A stretch of DNA of 64,000 nt from Patescibacteria group bacterium (GCA_020148045.1 JAHCRG010000006.1:137909-201908), one strand, 5' to 3'. Shown: positions 16,814 to 26,584, numbered from the stretch's first letter. Notes: generated by a model from the sequence alone, not told the origin. Translations and numbers: made by a program.

Positions 16814-17860
16814 ATGAGCATATTTAAAAAACTCATCTTTATTTTCAAAAGGCCTTCTGTTATCCTTATCACCGGTAAGGGTCGTTCTTGCGCTACTCAA
16901 GCTATTTCCAAGGCATTAAAGTCATACACTGAAAAGGGAAAAATTAAGATTTTTGAATCAGATTTATCAGAACCCAAAGAGATAGAAAAATTTAGCTTCT
17001 TGCTTAAGAGGTCTCAATTGCCAATTTTAGTGGTGACTCATATCGGAGATATCCCGGCAGATAAAGATTTTTTTGCTGGAGACAGAGAAGAAACTCTTCA
17101 GATAAGAAAGTTAGCTAAAATTTTGCCAGACCGGGCTTTCCTAATTTTAAATTTTGACGATGAAACTGTTCGGGAAATAGAAAATGAATCTTTAGCTCAT
17201 TCTTTAACTTATGGCTTTCAAAAAAGAGCGGATTTTCGAGTAAGTGATATCAACCTCAATTTAACCGGAACAAACTTTAAAATGAATTATGAGGAAAATA
17301 TCGTTCCTTTTTGGCTAAAAAATCTTTTTGGAAAAGAGCAAATATATAGTGCCTTGACAGCGATTTGTCTGGGGGTAGTAAAGAATATAAATTTGGTTGA
17401 AATATCTCAGGCCTTAGGGACTTATGAATCGCTTCCTGGAAAAATGAGATTAATAAAGGGCATAAAAAATTCTTCAGTTCTTGATGATAGTGAAAATGCT
17501 ACTCTTTTTTCAATGATTGAAGGTTTGGAGATTTTAGGAAAGATTGAGGTAGAAGGGAGAAAAATTGCTGTTTTAGGAGATGTTTTAGGAATTGGAAAAT
17601 ATACAATTGAAGCCCATGAAACGATTGGGGAGAAAGTAGCCCGAGTTAGTGGTTTACTTTTTACGGTTGGCTCAAGGACCAAGTTCATTGCCCAGGGAGC
17701 AATGAGTAAGGGAATGCCAGAGCAAAATATTTTTCAATTTGATAATATTGAAGAAGCGAAAAAAGCTCTTCAAAAAGAAATAAAAAAAGGTGACTTAATT
17801 TTAGTAGATGGCTCAAAAGAAATGAAAATGGGGGAGATAATTGAGGAGATAAAAGCGTAA
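16814..17860 (+). CDS. MurF-like Mur ligase, shortened and divergent
   Basis: VILITGKGRS (degenerate P-loop), LNFDD, KIAVLGDVL, GDLILVDGS; 348 aa. Confidence 0.7.
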   Translation: MSIFKKLIFIFKRPSVILITGKGRSCATQAISKALKSYTEKGKIKIFESDLSEPKEIEKFSFLLKRSQLPILVVTHIGDIPADKDFFAGDREETLQIRKLAKILPDRAFLILNFDDETVREIENESLAHSLTYGFQKRADFRVSDINLNLTGTNFKMNYEENIVPFWLKNLFGKEQIYSALTAICLGVVKNINLVEISQALGTYESLPGKMRLIKGIKNSSVLDDSENATLFSMIEGLEILGKIEVEGRKIAVLGDVLGIGKYTIEAHETIGEKVARVSGLLFTVGSRTKFIAQGAMSKGMPEQNIFQFDNIEEAKKALQKEIKKGDLILVDGSKEMKMGEIIEEIKA

Positions 17861-17911
17861 TAGTTTTTGTAAATCGACAAAATCTAAATTTTATGATAAG
17901 TTAGATATGAT

Positions 17912-17986
17912 GCCGCCTTCGTCTAGTGGTTTAGGACATCTCGTTCTCAACGAGAAGATTCGCGGGTTCGAATCCCGCAGGCGGCA
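17912..17986 (+). tRNA. tRNA-Glu (anticodon CTC)
   Basis: Acceptor gccgcct/aggcggc; anticodon arm tctcg-ttctcaa-cgaga; T-arm gcggg-ttcgaat-cccgc. Confidence 0.95.
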
Positions 17987-18087
17987 CACAAAAAGAGGTT
18001 TTTAACAAACCTCTTTTTTTATTATAGCATTAGAGTTTTTTTCCACAAGGTTTTAAATATGTCTCTTTCTTGTTAGAATAAAACAAT

Positions 18088-20697
18088 ATGACAAAAGAAG
18101 TTGCGTGGCACAGTCTTTCTTGGAGAGAAGTGGTTGAAAAGCTTAAATCAGATTATAAAGATGGCTTAGATGAAAAAGAGGTAAAAGAGAGAAGAGAGAA
18201 ATTTGGCAGAAATTTACTTCCAAAGGAAAAGTCCCTCTCCAAATTGGAGATATTTTTAGAGCAATTCAAAAGCCCCTTAATTTATATTTTAGTGATAGCT
18301 GGAATTGTGGTTTTGTTTTTTAAAGAATTTACTGATGCTATTGTTATTTTCGGGGCTGTTATTTTGAATACTGTTGTTGGATATTTTCAGGAAAATAAAG
18401 CCAGTCAAGCCCTGAGAAAACTAAAAAAGATAGTTAAGATTAAAGCCCAGGTAATAAGAGAAGGAAATATAAAAATTATAGATTCTGGAGAATTGGTTCC
18501 AGGTGATATTTTTATTTTAAGTCCTGGAGATAAGGTACCAGCTGATGGGAGAATTATTGAAAGTTATAATTTAAAAACTAATGAAATGGCTTTAACTGGT
18601 GAATGGCTGCCAGCTGAGAAAAAATCAGATGTCCTTCCAGGGAAAACACCGTTGGCAGATAGAGATAATATGGTTTATATGGGAACGGTTACAGAAGATG
18701 GGAAGGCAAAAGTTGTTGTTACCTCAACTGGCCTGGAAACTGAAATAGGCGAGGTAGCTCAGATGGTAAAAGAAGCCAAGGAAGAAAAGACACCCTTGCA
18801 AAAGAAGTTAGCGAGGTTTGCTAAAATTGTTGGTGGAGTTATTGTAGCGATTTGTATTGTTATTTTCATTGAAGGAGTGATTACCGGAAACACTCTCTTG
18901 GAAATGTTTGAAGTAGCAGTAGCTGTGGCAGTAGCTGCTATTCCCGAGGGTTTGCCAGTAGCAATGACAGTCATTTTGGCTTTAGGGATGCAGAGAATTT
19001 TAAAAAAGAGAGGATTAGTTAGAAAACTTGCTTCAGCAGAAACCTTAGGAAGCACCAGTATTATAGCAACCGATAAGACCGCCACCTTAACAGAGGGAAA
19101 AATGAAAGTAACTGAAATTTTAACAGAAACAAAGGCAGGCCGACGTTTAGCTCTTAAGATTGCCACTTTGTGTAATGAGGCGTTTATTGAAAACCCAGAG
19201 GAGCCAATGGAAAAATGGGTTATCCGAGGCAGGCCAACAGACAAGGCATTGCTTTTGGCAGGGGTACAAGCTGGAATTAATAAAAAAGAATTGGAAAGAA
19301 AAATGCTAAAAACTGCTGAACTTCCATTTAGCACAATAAATAAATACTTAGCTCGGGCATTTGCCTTAAGTAAAAAAGAAGACATCCTTTATATTTCTGG
19401 GGCCCCTGAAAAAATATTGGAAATATCAAAATATTTAAGAAAAGGCAATAGGGAAATACCCCTGACCCCAGAGATAGAAGATAAAATAAAAGCTGAATTG
19501 GAGGAGTTGACCGGGGAGGGATTGAGAGTAGTAGCTGTTGGTTATAAAAAAATTAAGAGCTTGAAAAGTTTTTTTGATAATTTGGTTTTTGTTGGCTTAA
19601 TAGCCCTAAAAGACCCGGTTAGGAAAGAAGTGAAAAAAGCAATAAAAATCTGCCGACAGGCAGGGATGAAACCGATTATTGCTACTGGCGACCACAAGTT
19701 AACAGCAAAGGCAGTAGCTCAGGAATTAGGATTTAAAGTAAAGGAAGAAAATATTATGGAAGGCAGAGAATTAGATAAACTTTCAGACAAAGAATTTGAA
19801 AAGAGGGTAAAAGATATTCAGATTTATGCCCGAGTTGAACCGAAACATAAAATGAGAATTATTCAGGCCTGGCAGGAGAAAGGGGAAGTAATAGCAATGA
19901 CTGGAGATGGAATTAATGACGCCCCAGCTTTAAAGAAAGCTGATATTGGAGTAGCTTTGGGCTCGGGCACAGAAGTTGCCAAAGAGGTTTCTGACCTTGT
20001 TTTGCTGACTGATAATTTCAATATCATTGTAGCTGCAGTAGAAGAGGGGAGAGCGATTATTGATAATGTCCGCAAGGTAATTACCTATCTGCTTTCTGAT
20101 TCTTTTACTGAAACAATCTTGATTGGAGTAGGTCTTTTCTTTGGTTATTTACCAATTACTGCTGTCCAAATTTTATGGGTAAATCTTATTGAAGACGGTC
20201 TTCCTGATATTGCTTTAGCTTTTGAGCCAAAAGAAAAAGATTTAATGAAGCAAAAACCTCAGGGTCATGATATGCCGCTTTTGAATCGAGAAATGAAAGT
20301 ATTGATTTTTATTATTGGGATAATAACTGATCTCTTTCTTTTAGGATTATTTTTCTGGCTTTTAAAATATTCTAATTATGAAATTCCTCATATTAGAACA
20401 GTGATTTTTGGGGGATTAGCCATAGATTCGCTTTTTTATGTTTTTTCTTGCAAAAGTTTAAGAAGGAATGTCTGGCATATAAATCCGTTTTCTAATAAGT
20501 TTTTAGTTTTTGCCTGGGTTTTCGGCGCTCTAACCCTTATCGGAGCCATTTATCTATCTCCGCTTCAAACTCTTTTGAAAACCGTGCCCCTAAATCTTTT
20601 TGATTGGGGATTACTTTTAACCCTTGGTCTTATTAATTTAATTTTGATTGAGGCTACGAAACATTATTTCATTGTGAGGCATCAAACTGATATATAA
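18088..20697 (+). CDS. Cation-transporting P-type ATPase (P2A-like)
   Basis: IPEGLP, DKTATLT, TGDH, MTGDGINDAPALKKADIG. Confidence 0.93.
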   Translation: MTKEVAWHSLSWREVVEKLKSDYKDGLDEKEVKERREKFGRNLLPKEKSLSKLEIFLEQFKSPLIYILVIAGIVVLFFKEFTDAIVIFGAVILNTVVGYFQENKASQALRKLKKIVKIKAQVIREGNIKIIDSGELVPGDIFILSPGDKVPADGRIIESYNLKTNEMALTGEWLPAEKKSDVLPGKTPLADRDNMVYMGTVTEDGKAKVVVTSTGLETEIGEVAQMVKEAKEEKTPLQKKLARFAKIVGGVIVAICIVIFIEGVITGNTLLEMFEVAVAVAVAAIPEGLPVAMTVILALGMQRILKKRGLVRKLASAETLGSTSIIATDKTATLTEGKMKVTEILTETKAGRRLALKIATLCNEAFIENPEEPMEKWVIRGRPTDKALLLAGVQAGINKKELERKMLKTAELPFSTINKYLARAFALSKKEDILYISGAPEKILEISKYLRKGNREIPLTPEIEDKIKAELEELTGEGLRVVAVGYKKIKSLKSFFDNLVFVGLIALKDPVRKEVKKAIKICRQAGMKPIIATGDHKLTAKAVAQELGFKVKEENIMEGRELDKLSDKEFEKRVKDIQIYARVEPKHKMRIIQAWQEKGEVIAMTGDGINDAPALKKADIGVALGSGTEVAKEVSDLVLLTDNFNIIVAAVEEGRAIIDNVRKVITYLLSDSFTETILIGVGLFFGYLPITAVQILWVNLIEDGLPDIALAFEPKEKDLMKQKPQGHDMPLLNREMKVLIFIIGIITDLFLLGLFFWLLKYSNYEIPHIRTVIFGGLAIDSLFYVFSCKSLRRNVWHINPFSNKFLVFAWVFGALTLIGAIYLSPLQTLLKTVPLNLFDWGLLLTLGLINLILIEATKHYFIVRHQTDI

Positions 20698-20712
20698 AGT
20701 ATTTATAATAAT

Positions 20713-21750
20713 ATGATTTGGTTATTCATTTTTATAATCTCTTGTTTCGTCTTATTCTGGTCAGGTTCCAGGTTAGTTAAAGGCCTAATAAGAATGGCTC
20801 GGTATTTAGGTTGGCGGGAGTTTGTAGTAGCTTTTTTTGTTATGGCTTTTGCTGGTACTCTCCCTAACCTATTTGTTGGAATTAATTCGGCTTTGCATGG
20901 AATCCCCCAGCTTTCTTTTGGAGAAGTTGTCGGTGGGAATGTTGCTGATTTAACTTTAGCTGTGGCTTTGGCTATTTTAATCGGCGGCACCGCCCTGCAA
21001 GTTAGAAGTAAAATGGTTCAGACCAGCACTATTTTTACTGTTGCAGTCGCCATTTTACCTTTAATTTTAATCTTGGATGGAAATTTAGGAAGGGGCGATG
21101 GTTTAATTTTACTTTTAGCTTTTGGTCTGTATATCCTTTGGCTTTTTTCAAAAGAAGAAAGATTTAGAAAGGTTTATAAAGGAGATAAATATAAAGAAAA
21201 TAAAAATAAAGAAAATAAAAACGAACAGGGACACAACCTACGGTTTATAGATTTTTTAAGGAACAGAAAAGAGCCAAAAAGTATTAGACGGTTTAAGACC
21301 TTTTTAAAAGATTTAAGAAAGATAACAGTGGCTTTAATTTTACTTTTAGCAGCTTCCTGGGGAGTGGTCCAAAGTGCTCAGGTTTTTGCTGATGCATTAA
21401 ACGTTACCCTTCCAATAATTGGGATTTTAATTGTTGGATTAGGAAATGCCCTCCCAGAAACTTATTTTGCCATTGTTTCGGCAAGAAAACGACATACCTG
21501 GCTGATTTTAGGAAACTTAATGGGCTCGGTTATTGTTTGTGCTACCCTTGTTTTAGGAATCGTTGTTTTAATTCACCCAATTAAAGACATTGACTTTTCT
21601 CCTTTTGCTATTGCTCGTATCTTCCTTATAATTTCAGCTGTATTCTTTTTGATAGTTGTTAGAACCGATCAAAAAATCACTAAAATAGAAGCTTTTCTCC
21701 TGCTGGGAATTTACATCCTTTTTCTTGTAGCTGAAATATTCTTCAGATAA
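20713..21750 (+). CDS. Na+/Ca2+ antiporter (CaCA, YrbG-like)
   Basis: Alpha-repeats GTLPNL...GGNVAD and GNALPE...GNLMGS; about 10 TM helices. Confidence 0.85.
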   Translation: MIWLFIFIISCFVLFWSGSRLVKGLIRMARYLGWREFVVAFFVMAFAGTLPNLFVGINSALHGIPQLSFGEVVGGNVADLTLAVALAILIGGTALQVRSKMVQTSTIFTVAVAILPLILILDGNLGRGDGLILLLAFGLYILWLFSKEERFRKVYKGDKYKENKNKENKNEQGHNLRFIDFLRNRKEPKSIRRFKTFLKDLRKITVALILLLAASWGVVQSAQVFADALNVTLPIIGILIVGLGNALPETYFAIVSARKRHTWLILGNLMGSVIVCATLVLGIVVLIHPIKDIDFSPFAIARIFLIISAVFFLIVVRTDQKITKIEAFLLLGIYILFLVAEIFFR

Positions 21751-21877
21751 AAAAAGGAAGGCTGCTTGCTGCAATACCTTCCTTGTGGCATTGTGGAGGA
21801 TAAGGCATTAGCCTTGGCAGAACTTCGTGGGGAACTTCCAAAGCCATGTCTGACACGATGCCATTTCCGTCGTTCTA
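21750..21877 (-). ncRNA. Candidate small RNA (or 18-aa peptide gene) with its own promoter and terminator
   Basis: TTGACA-18-TATAAT at 21912-21883; rod-like pairing 21786-21795/21854-21863; terminator aaggaagg...ccttcctttttt. Confidence 0.45.
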
Positions 21878-21921
21878 TTTTCATTATAGACTCATCATTT
21901 ACATCCTGTCAAGGGGAATCA

Positions 21922-21942
21922 CTACGAGAACAGTTCTCGTAG
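21922..21942. repeat. 21-bp palindrome ctacgagaac-a-gttctcgtag, copy 1 (copy 2 at 22294-22314)
   Basis: Perfect 10-1-10 inverted repeat with two identical copies. Confidence 0.9.
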
Positions 21943-21983
21943 AAATAAAGCAGGCCGAAAGTTTAATCTCTCGGCCTTTTGGT

Positions 21984-22217
21984 TTATTGCTGAGAATATG
22001 CTTTGGGTTGACCAAATCTTCTTCTCCTTTCTTTTTGGAAATGTCGCAAGAAACTTATTGCTAAAATCAGGCAGAACATATCCGAGAAGCCTGCTAGGTA
22101 GTACCCAAGATAGTCAGGGTTATTCATTAGGTCTAATAAGTTTCCTCTCATGAATATGGCCAAAAGAATTATAAAGAAAATACCATATTGAAGACAATTT
22201 TTCTCTGTTACATTCAT
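21984..22217 (-). CDS. Small two-TM membrane protein (cassette)
   Basis: SD AAGGAGG; own promoter and terminator. Confidence 0.7.
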   Translation of the reverse strand: MNVTEKNCLQYGIFFIILLAIFMRGNLLDLMNNPDYLGYYLAGFSDMFCLILAISFLRHFQKERRRRFGQPKAYSQQ

Positions 22218-22230
22218 AACTACCTCCTTT

Positions 22231-22292
22231 TAAATTTTGAAGTTGCTTTTGTTTAATATATATTATCGTAATATTTTAAATTTGTCAAAAGA
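22231..22292 (-). repeat. 62-bp promoter/leader repeat, copy 1 (copy 2 at 22634-22695)
   Basis: Two mismatches between copies; contains TTGACA-17-TAATAT on the minus strand. Confidence 0.9.
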
Positions 22293-22375
22293 ACTACGAG
22301 AACAGTTCTCGTAGAAATAAAACAGGCCGAAAGGTTTTTGTCTTTCGGCCCTTAGCTTAATATAGTGAGTGTGTT

Positions 22376-22615
22376 TTAGCCTAACATATTTTCTTTTTTC
22401 TTTCTGTCAGATGGTAGCATGTGGGTGTTAGAAAAAACACTGACAAACAGCAAGAATCCTATTCCAATCACTATTGCCCCTCCAAAAAATAAAACTACTA
22501 CTAAATCAATTCCTAATTTATGGATGGATTCCACTGCCTCAAGAATGAGAGAAGTCCCTATGTAGATAGCCAGAACACCCGCGAAAAGCAAGATTATTTT
22601 TTTTATAAGTTTCAT
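22376..22615 (-). CDS. Small two-TM membrane protein (cassette)
   Basis: SD AAGGAG; same promoter repeat as 21984..22217. Confidence 0.7.
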   Translation of the reverse strand: MKLIKKIILLFAGVLAIYIGTSLILEAVESIHKLGIDLVVVLFFGGAIVIGIGFLLFVSVFSNTHMLPSDRKKKENMLG

Positions 22616-22733
22616 CTTTTCTCCTTTACTTATTAAATTTTGAAGTTACTTTTGTTTAATATATATTATCGTAATATCTTAAATTTGTCAAAAGATAATT
22701 GATTTTTTATTGGAAACATTGTAAGATGAGGTA

Positions 22734-23771
22734 ATGATGGAGTATATAATCGGAATTTTAATATTAATTATTGTTGGTTTGGCAGTGGGGCTTTTTTTAT
22801 TATTGAGAAAAAAACCAGAAAAGCAGTCAGATGCATTAGTGATGCTTCAGCAGCAAATGAATCATATTAGTCAGGTTTTAGATAGTAAATTGTCTGAATC
22901 AACTAAAGCCATCCAAGCCCAGTTTGGACAAAGCGCTAAAATTATTCAGGATGTTACAGAAAAACTTACTCGGCTTGATGAAACCAATAAACAGGTTGTA
23001 AGTTTCGCTGATCAATTGAGAAATTTACAGGATATTTTAAAGAACCCAAAGCAAAGAGGGGTTTTAGGAGAGTATTATTTAGAAACTGTTTTGAAAAATG
23101 TCTTGCCTCCCGGCTCATATCAAATGCAATATCCATTTAAGGATGGAACTATAGTTGATGCTGCAGTATTTATTGATAAACGGATTATTCCAATTGATTC
23201 TAAGTTTAGTTTAGAAAATTACAATAGAATATTAGAAACAAATAACCCCGAAGAGAAAAGAAAATACGAAAGAGCTTTTATAAATGATCTTAAAATTAGA
23301 ATTGACGAAACATCAAAATATGTAAAACCAGAAGAAAACACAATGGATTTCGCTTTTATGTTTATTCCTTCAGAAGCAGTTTATTATGATTTGCTTATTA
23401 ATAAAGTTGGAGCGGTTACTGATGATACCAATAATTTGATTTACTACGCTGGCAAGAAAAAAGTTATAGTTATTTCTCCTACTTCTTTCTTGGCATATTT
23501 GCAAACTGTTCTTCAAGGACTAAGAAACCAAAAGATTTCAGAACAGGCCAGAGAAGTGATTAGAGAGGTTGAGCGTTTGGGCAGGCATTTGGGAAGTTAT
23601 AGTGAATATATGAAAAAACTTGGAAATCACTTGGGCACAACTGTAAGTACTTATAAAAAGGCCCACAAAGAATTTGCCAAAGTTGATAAAGATGTGGTAA
23701 AAATTACTGGTACAGGGTCAAAAATAAAACTCAAAGAACCAGATATTGAACCACCATTATTAGAAGAATAA
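22734..23771 (+). CDS. rmuC: DNA recombination protein RmuC
   Basis: N-terminal TM helix; KQRGVLGEYYLE, IPIDSKF, FAFMFIPSEAVY, SPTSF. Confidence 0.92.
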   Translation: MMEYIIGILILIIVGLAVGLFLLLRKKPEKQSDALVMLQQQMNHISQVLDSKLSESTKAIQAQFGQSAKIIQDVTEKLTRLDETNKQVVSFADQLRNLQDILKNPKQRGVLGEYYLETVLKNVLPPGSYQMQYPFKDGTIVDAAVFIDKRIIPIDSKFSLENYNRILETNNPEEKRKYERAFINDLKIRIDETSKYVKPEENTMDFAFMFIPSEAVYYDLLINKVGAVTDDTNNLIYYAGKKKVIVISPTSFLAYLQTVLQGLRNQKISEQAREVIREVERLGRHLGSYSEYMKKLGNHLGTTVSTYKKAHKEFAKVDKDVVKITGTGSKIKLKEPDIEPPLLEE

Positions 23772-23777
23772 CTGAAT

Positions 23778-24089
23778 ATGTTAGCTGTAATTAAAACTGG
23801 GGGCAAACAATATCTTGTTAAACCCGGGGATAAAATAAAAATTGAGAAAATTGCAGGGAAAGAAAGAAAGGAGATAACTTTCAAAGAAGTTTTGTTATTG
23901 GAGAAAAATAAAAAAGTGGAGATTGGCACGCCTTTAGTAAAAGGCGCTAAAGTGATTGCTAAAATTTTATCACAAGGCAAAGGAAAAAAAGTCATCATTT
24001 TCAAATACAAACCAAAAACCCGCTACAAGAAAAAAGCGGGCCATAGGCAACCCTTTACCGAAGTCGAAATATTAAAAATTGAACTTTAA
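23778..24089 (+). CDS. rplU: 50S ribosomal protein L21
   Basis: AVIKTGGKQYLV...GHRQPFT. Confidence 0.97.
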   Translation: MLAVIKTGGKQYLVKPGDKIKIEKIAGKERKEITFKEVLLLEKNKKVEIGTPLVKGAKVIAKILSQGKGKKVIIFKYKPKTRYKKKAGHRQPFTEVEILKIEL

Positions 24090-24121
24090 AATTTTTGAAC
24101 AGAGAAGAAAGGAGAGAAAAA

Positions 24122-24352
24122 ATGGATTACAGTATCCTATTTAGAACTAATTTGAGGCGACTTAAAGAAAAAGCTGGCGTCAGTTTTAATGAAATAGGGC
24201 AGGCAGTAAATCGAGGAGCTGGAACGGTTCAGCGATGGGGACCCGATGGACTACCAGATTATAACGTCTTGGTTGGTTTAGCTGATTTTTTTACTAAAAC
24301 TTTAGGAAGATTTGTTTCCATTGATGAATTCTTTGATAGAAAGCCGAACTAG
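24122..24352 (+). CDS. Small XRE/Cro-like HTH protein
   Basis: SD AAGGAG; NLRRLKEKAGVSFNEIGQAVNRGAGTVQRW...P...L..LADFF. Confidence 0.7.
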   Translation: MDYSILFRTNLRRLKEKAGVSFNEIGQAVNRGAGTVQRWGPDGLPDYNVLVGLADFFTKTLGRFVSIDEFFDRKPN

Positions 24353-24383
24353 CCAGCGTCCCAGAAATCATTGGTTTTTTAGA

Positions 24384-24411
24384 AAAAAGGCCTCTTGAGA
24401 GGCCTTTTTTT
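24384..24411. terminator. Bidirectional terminator
   Basis: aaaaaaggcctc-ttga-gaggcctttttt. Confidence 0.8.
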
Positions 24412-24433
24412 ATTTGTTTCAAGTTTTAGGTTT

Positions 24434-25027
24434 TTATTTTCTTCCTTCAAAGGCGCTGGACAGGGTGTCTTCGTCAGCGTACTCCAATTCGCCACCAACA
24501 GGGAGGCCCCGTCCGAGGCGGGTGGTTTTAATATTAAAAGATTTTAGTTCTCTTTTTATAAATAAAGCAGTGGCTTCGCCTTCAGTAGTGGAATTGGTAG
24601 CAATAATGATTTCTTTAAAACCATTATTTTTAATTCTTTCTTTTAATTCTTCAATCCTTATTTTCTTTGAATCTGCTTTTTTAAAACTAATTGTCCCGCC
24701 CAAAATAAAATAAAGACCCTTGTATTTCTTTGTTTTTTCAATTGAAATTAAGTCAGTTTCTTTTTCTATCACACAAAGTAATGTTTTGTCCCGCGAATTA
24801 TCTCTACAAATAGAACATAAAGTTTCCTCTGAATCCTCAAAAGGATTAAAACAAGATGAACAGATTCTTATTGCTTTCTTCAAATTGGTTATTGAAGCCA
24901 AAAGCTCATCAAATTTTTCTTGAGGAAGTTTTATTAAATAAAAAACAAAACGGGCAGCAGTTCGCGGCCCAACAGTGGGGAACTTAGAAAACAAATCAAT
25001 AAGTTTTTGAATAGATTTTGGATACAT
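24434..25027 (-). CDS. recR: Recombination protein RecR
   Basis: PTVGPRTAAR, C4 zinc finger, EGEATA, GLPVGGELEYAD. Confidence 0.96.
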   Translation of the reverse strand: MYPKSIQKLIDLFSKFPTVGPRTAARFVFYLIKLPQEKFDELLASITNLKKAIRICSSCFNPFEDSEETLCSICRDNSRDKTLLCVIEKETDLISIEKTKKYKGLYFILGGTISFKKADSKKIRIEELKERIKNNGFKEIIIATNSTTEGEATALFIKRELKSFNIKTTRLGRGLPVGGELEYADEDTLSSAFEGRK

Positions 25028-26401
25028 TTATTCTGTATATTCTCCTTTTTCAAGGTTTCTAAAGCATACTCTTCGGTCGTCAAAATAAAGTTCAACTTTT
25101 CCTACCGGTCCATTTCTATGTTTAGCAATAATAATATCAGCAATATTTTTCCTGGTAGTGTCAGGACGGTACCTGTCCTCGCGATATATAAAGAGCACCA
25201 CATCCGAGTCCTGCTCCAGGCTCCCACTTTCACGTAAATCTGCTAATCTGGGGATTTGGGGGGAGCGTTGTTCTACTGCCCGGGAAAGCTGGGATAAAGC
25301 AAGGACTGGAACATTAATCTCTCTAGCCAAACCTTTAAGGGCTCGAGAGATTTCAGTTACTTGTTGAACCATAGTGGTCGCTGGATTTCTGGGCTCCATC
25401 AGTTGTAAATAATCAATAATAATAAGCCCTAATCCATGTTCTGCCTGTAATCTCCTTGCCATTGCTCTCATTTGCAAAACATTAGAAGAGGCAGCATCAT
25501 CAATATAAATTGGGGCTTCGGATAGCAGACCCATTGTATGTTGAATTCTCGTAAAATCATTGTCTTCGCCTTCGCTGGAAAGCCGGCCAGTCCTTAACCT
25601 CCATAAGTCAACATTAGATAAACCAGCAATCAATCTATCTACTACCTGGTCTTTTGACATTTCTAAACTAAATAATCCTATTGGGATTTTTTGATTGACG
25701 GCAATATTAGCTGCAATATTTACAGCCAAAGCGCTCTTTCCCAGAGAGGGGCGGGAAGCTAAAATTACCAGGTCAGATTTTTGGAGGCCAGCTAAAATAT
25801 TATCTAAATCAGTAAAGCCGGTTGGAAGTCCTCGAAGACCTCCTTCGTGTTTGGAGAGTTTATCAATTCTTTCAAAAGCATCTTCTAAACCATCTTTAAT
25901 CAGGATAAACCGTTGGGTTAAACTTTTTTGGGCAATACTAAAAATTCTTTGTTCAGCCCGGTCCAAAAGCACATCAATATCTTCTTTTTCGTCATAGCCT
26001 ATTGAATTAATTTCCTGGCTGGCTTCAATTAAGTCCCTTAAAATTCTTTTTCTTTGGACGATTTTGGCGTAATTTGAGATATGGGCAGCAGTAGGAACAG
26101 TATTAATAAGTTCAGTTAAATAACTATTTCCACCAACTTCTTCCAAGAGTTTCTTTTCTTTGAGGCGGCTAGAAACAGCTAATAAGTCAACTGGTTCTCC
26201 TTTTTCAAAAAGCTCTACAATTGCCTGGTAAATTTGCTGATGATTTTGTTTATAAAAATCTCGCGGCTGAAGGAAATCCGCCACCTTAATAATAGCGTTC
26301 TTATCCAACGTTAAAGAACCTAATAAAGATTTTTCTGCCTCAATATTTTGGGGCGGAAGTTTTTCAGGCCCGCCCAAGTTTTGATTTTCCTTAGCCATCA
26401 A
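25028..26401 (-). CDS. dnaB: Replicative DNA helicase DnaB
   Basis: PPQNIEAE, ASRPSLGKS, FSLEMS, IDYLQL, LSQLSR, DLRESGSLEQD, KHRNGP; no intein. Confidence 0.97.
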   Translation of the reverse strand: MMAKENQNLGGPEKLPPQNIEAEKSLLGSLTLDKNAIIKVADFLQPRDFYKQNHQQIYQAIVELFEKGEPVDLLAVSSRLKEKKLLEEVGGNSYLTELINTVPTAAHISNYAKIVQRKRILRDLIEASQEINSIGYDEKEDIDVLLDRAEQRIFSIAQKSLTQRFILIKDGLEDAFERIDKLSKHEGGLRGLPTGFTDLDNILAGLQKSDLVILASRPSLGKSALAVNIAANIAVNQKIPIGLFSLEMSKDQVVDRLIAGLSNVDLWRLRTGRLSSEGEDNDFTRIQHTMGLLSEAPIYIDDAASSNVLQMRAMARRLQAEHGLGLIIIDYLQLMEPRNPATTMVQQVTEISRALKGLAREINVPVLALSQLSRAVEQRSPQIPRLADLRESGSLEQDSDVVLFIYREDRYRPDTTRKNIADIIIAKHRNGPVGKVELYFDDRRVCFRNLEKGEYTE

Positions 26402-26584
26402 TTCCTGTATAGCAAAAATAAGAAACTATGGCAAGAATTTGACAAAGAAAAGACCCAAAAAGCCCCGCCAAGGCAGGGCTTTTTTGTTTGACAAGATTTA
26501 AATAATAAAATATAGTGTTAATAGAAAGGAGATGGTTTGTTGAAAAGTTAAAGAGCACATTTACAAAAGAAAGGAGCGTGCGGT

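Noticed and set aside
18759..19385. 208-aa antisense ORF inside the P-type ATPase gene
   Set aside because: It lies wholly opposite a well-supported gene and has no features of its own.
21180..21270. ataaagaaaataaaa tandem repeat in the antiporter gene as a phase-variation tract
   Set aside because: It is a 15-bp in-frame duplication in the central hydrophilic loop, so unit changes would not shift the frame.
21913..22700. CRISPR array or classical integron
   Set aside because: Only two repeat copies separated by ~370-400 bp of gene-bearing DNA; no cas or intI gene; the palindromes lack evident attC RYYYAAC/GTTRRRY ends.
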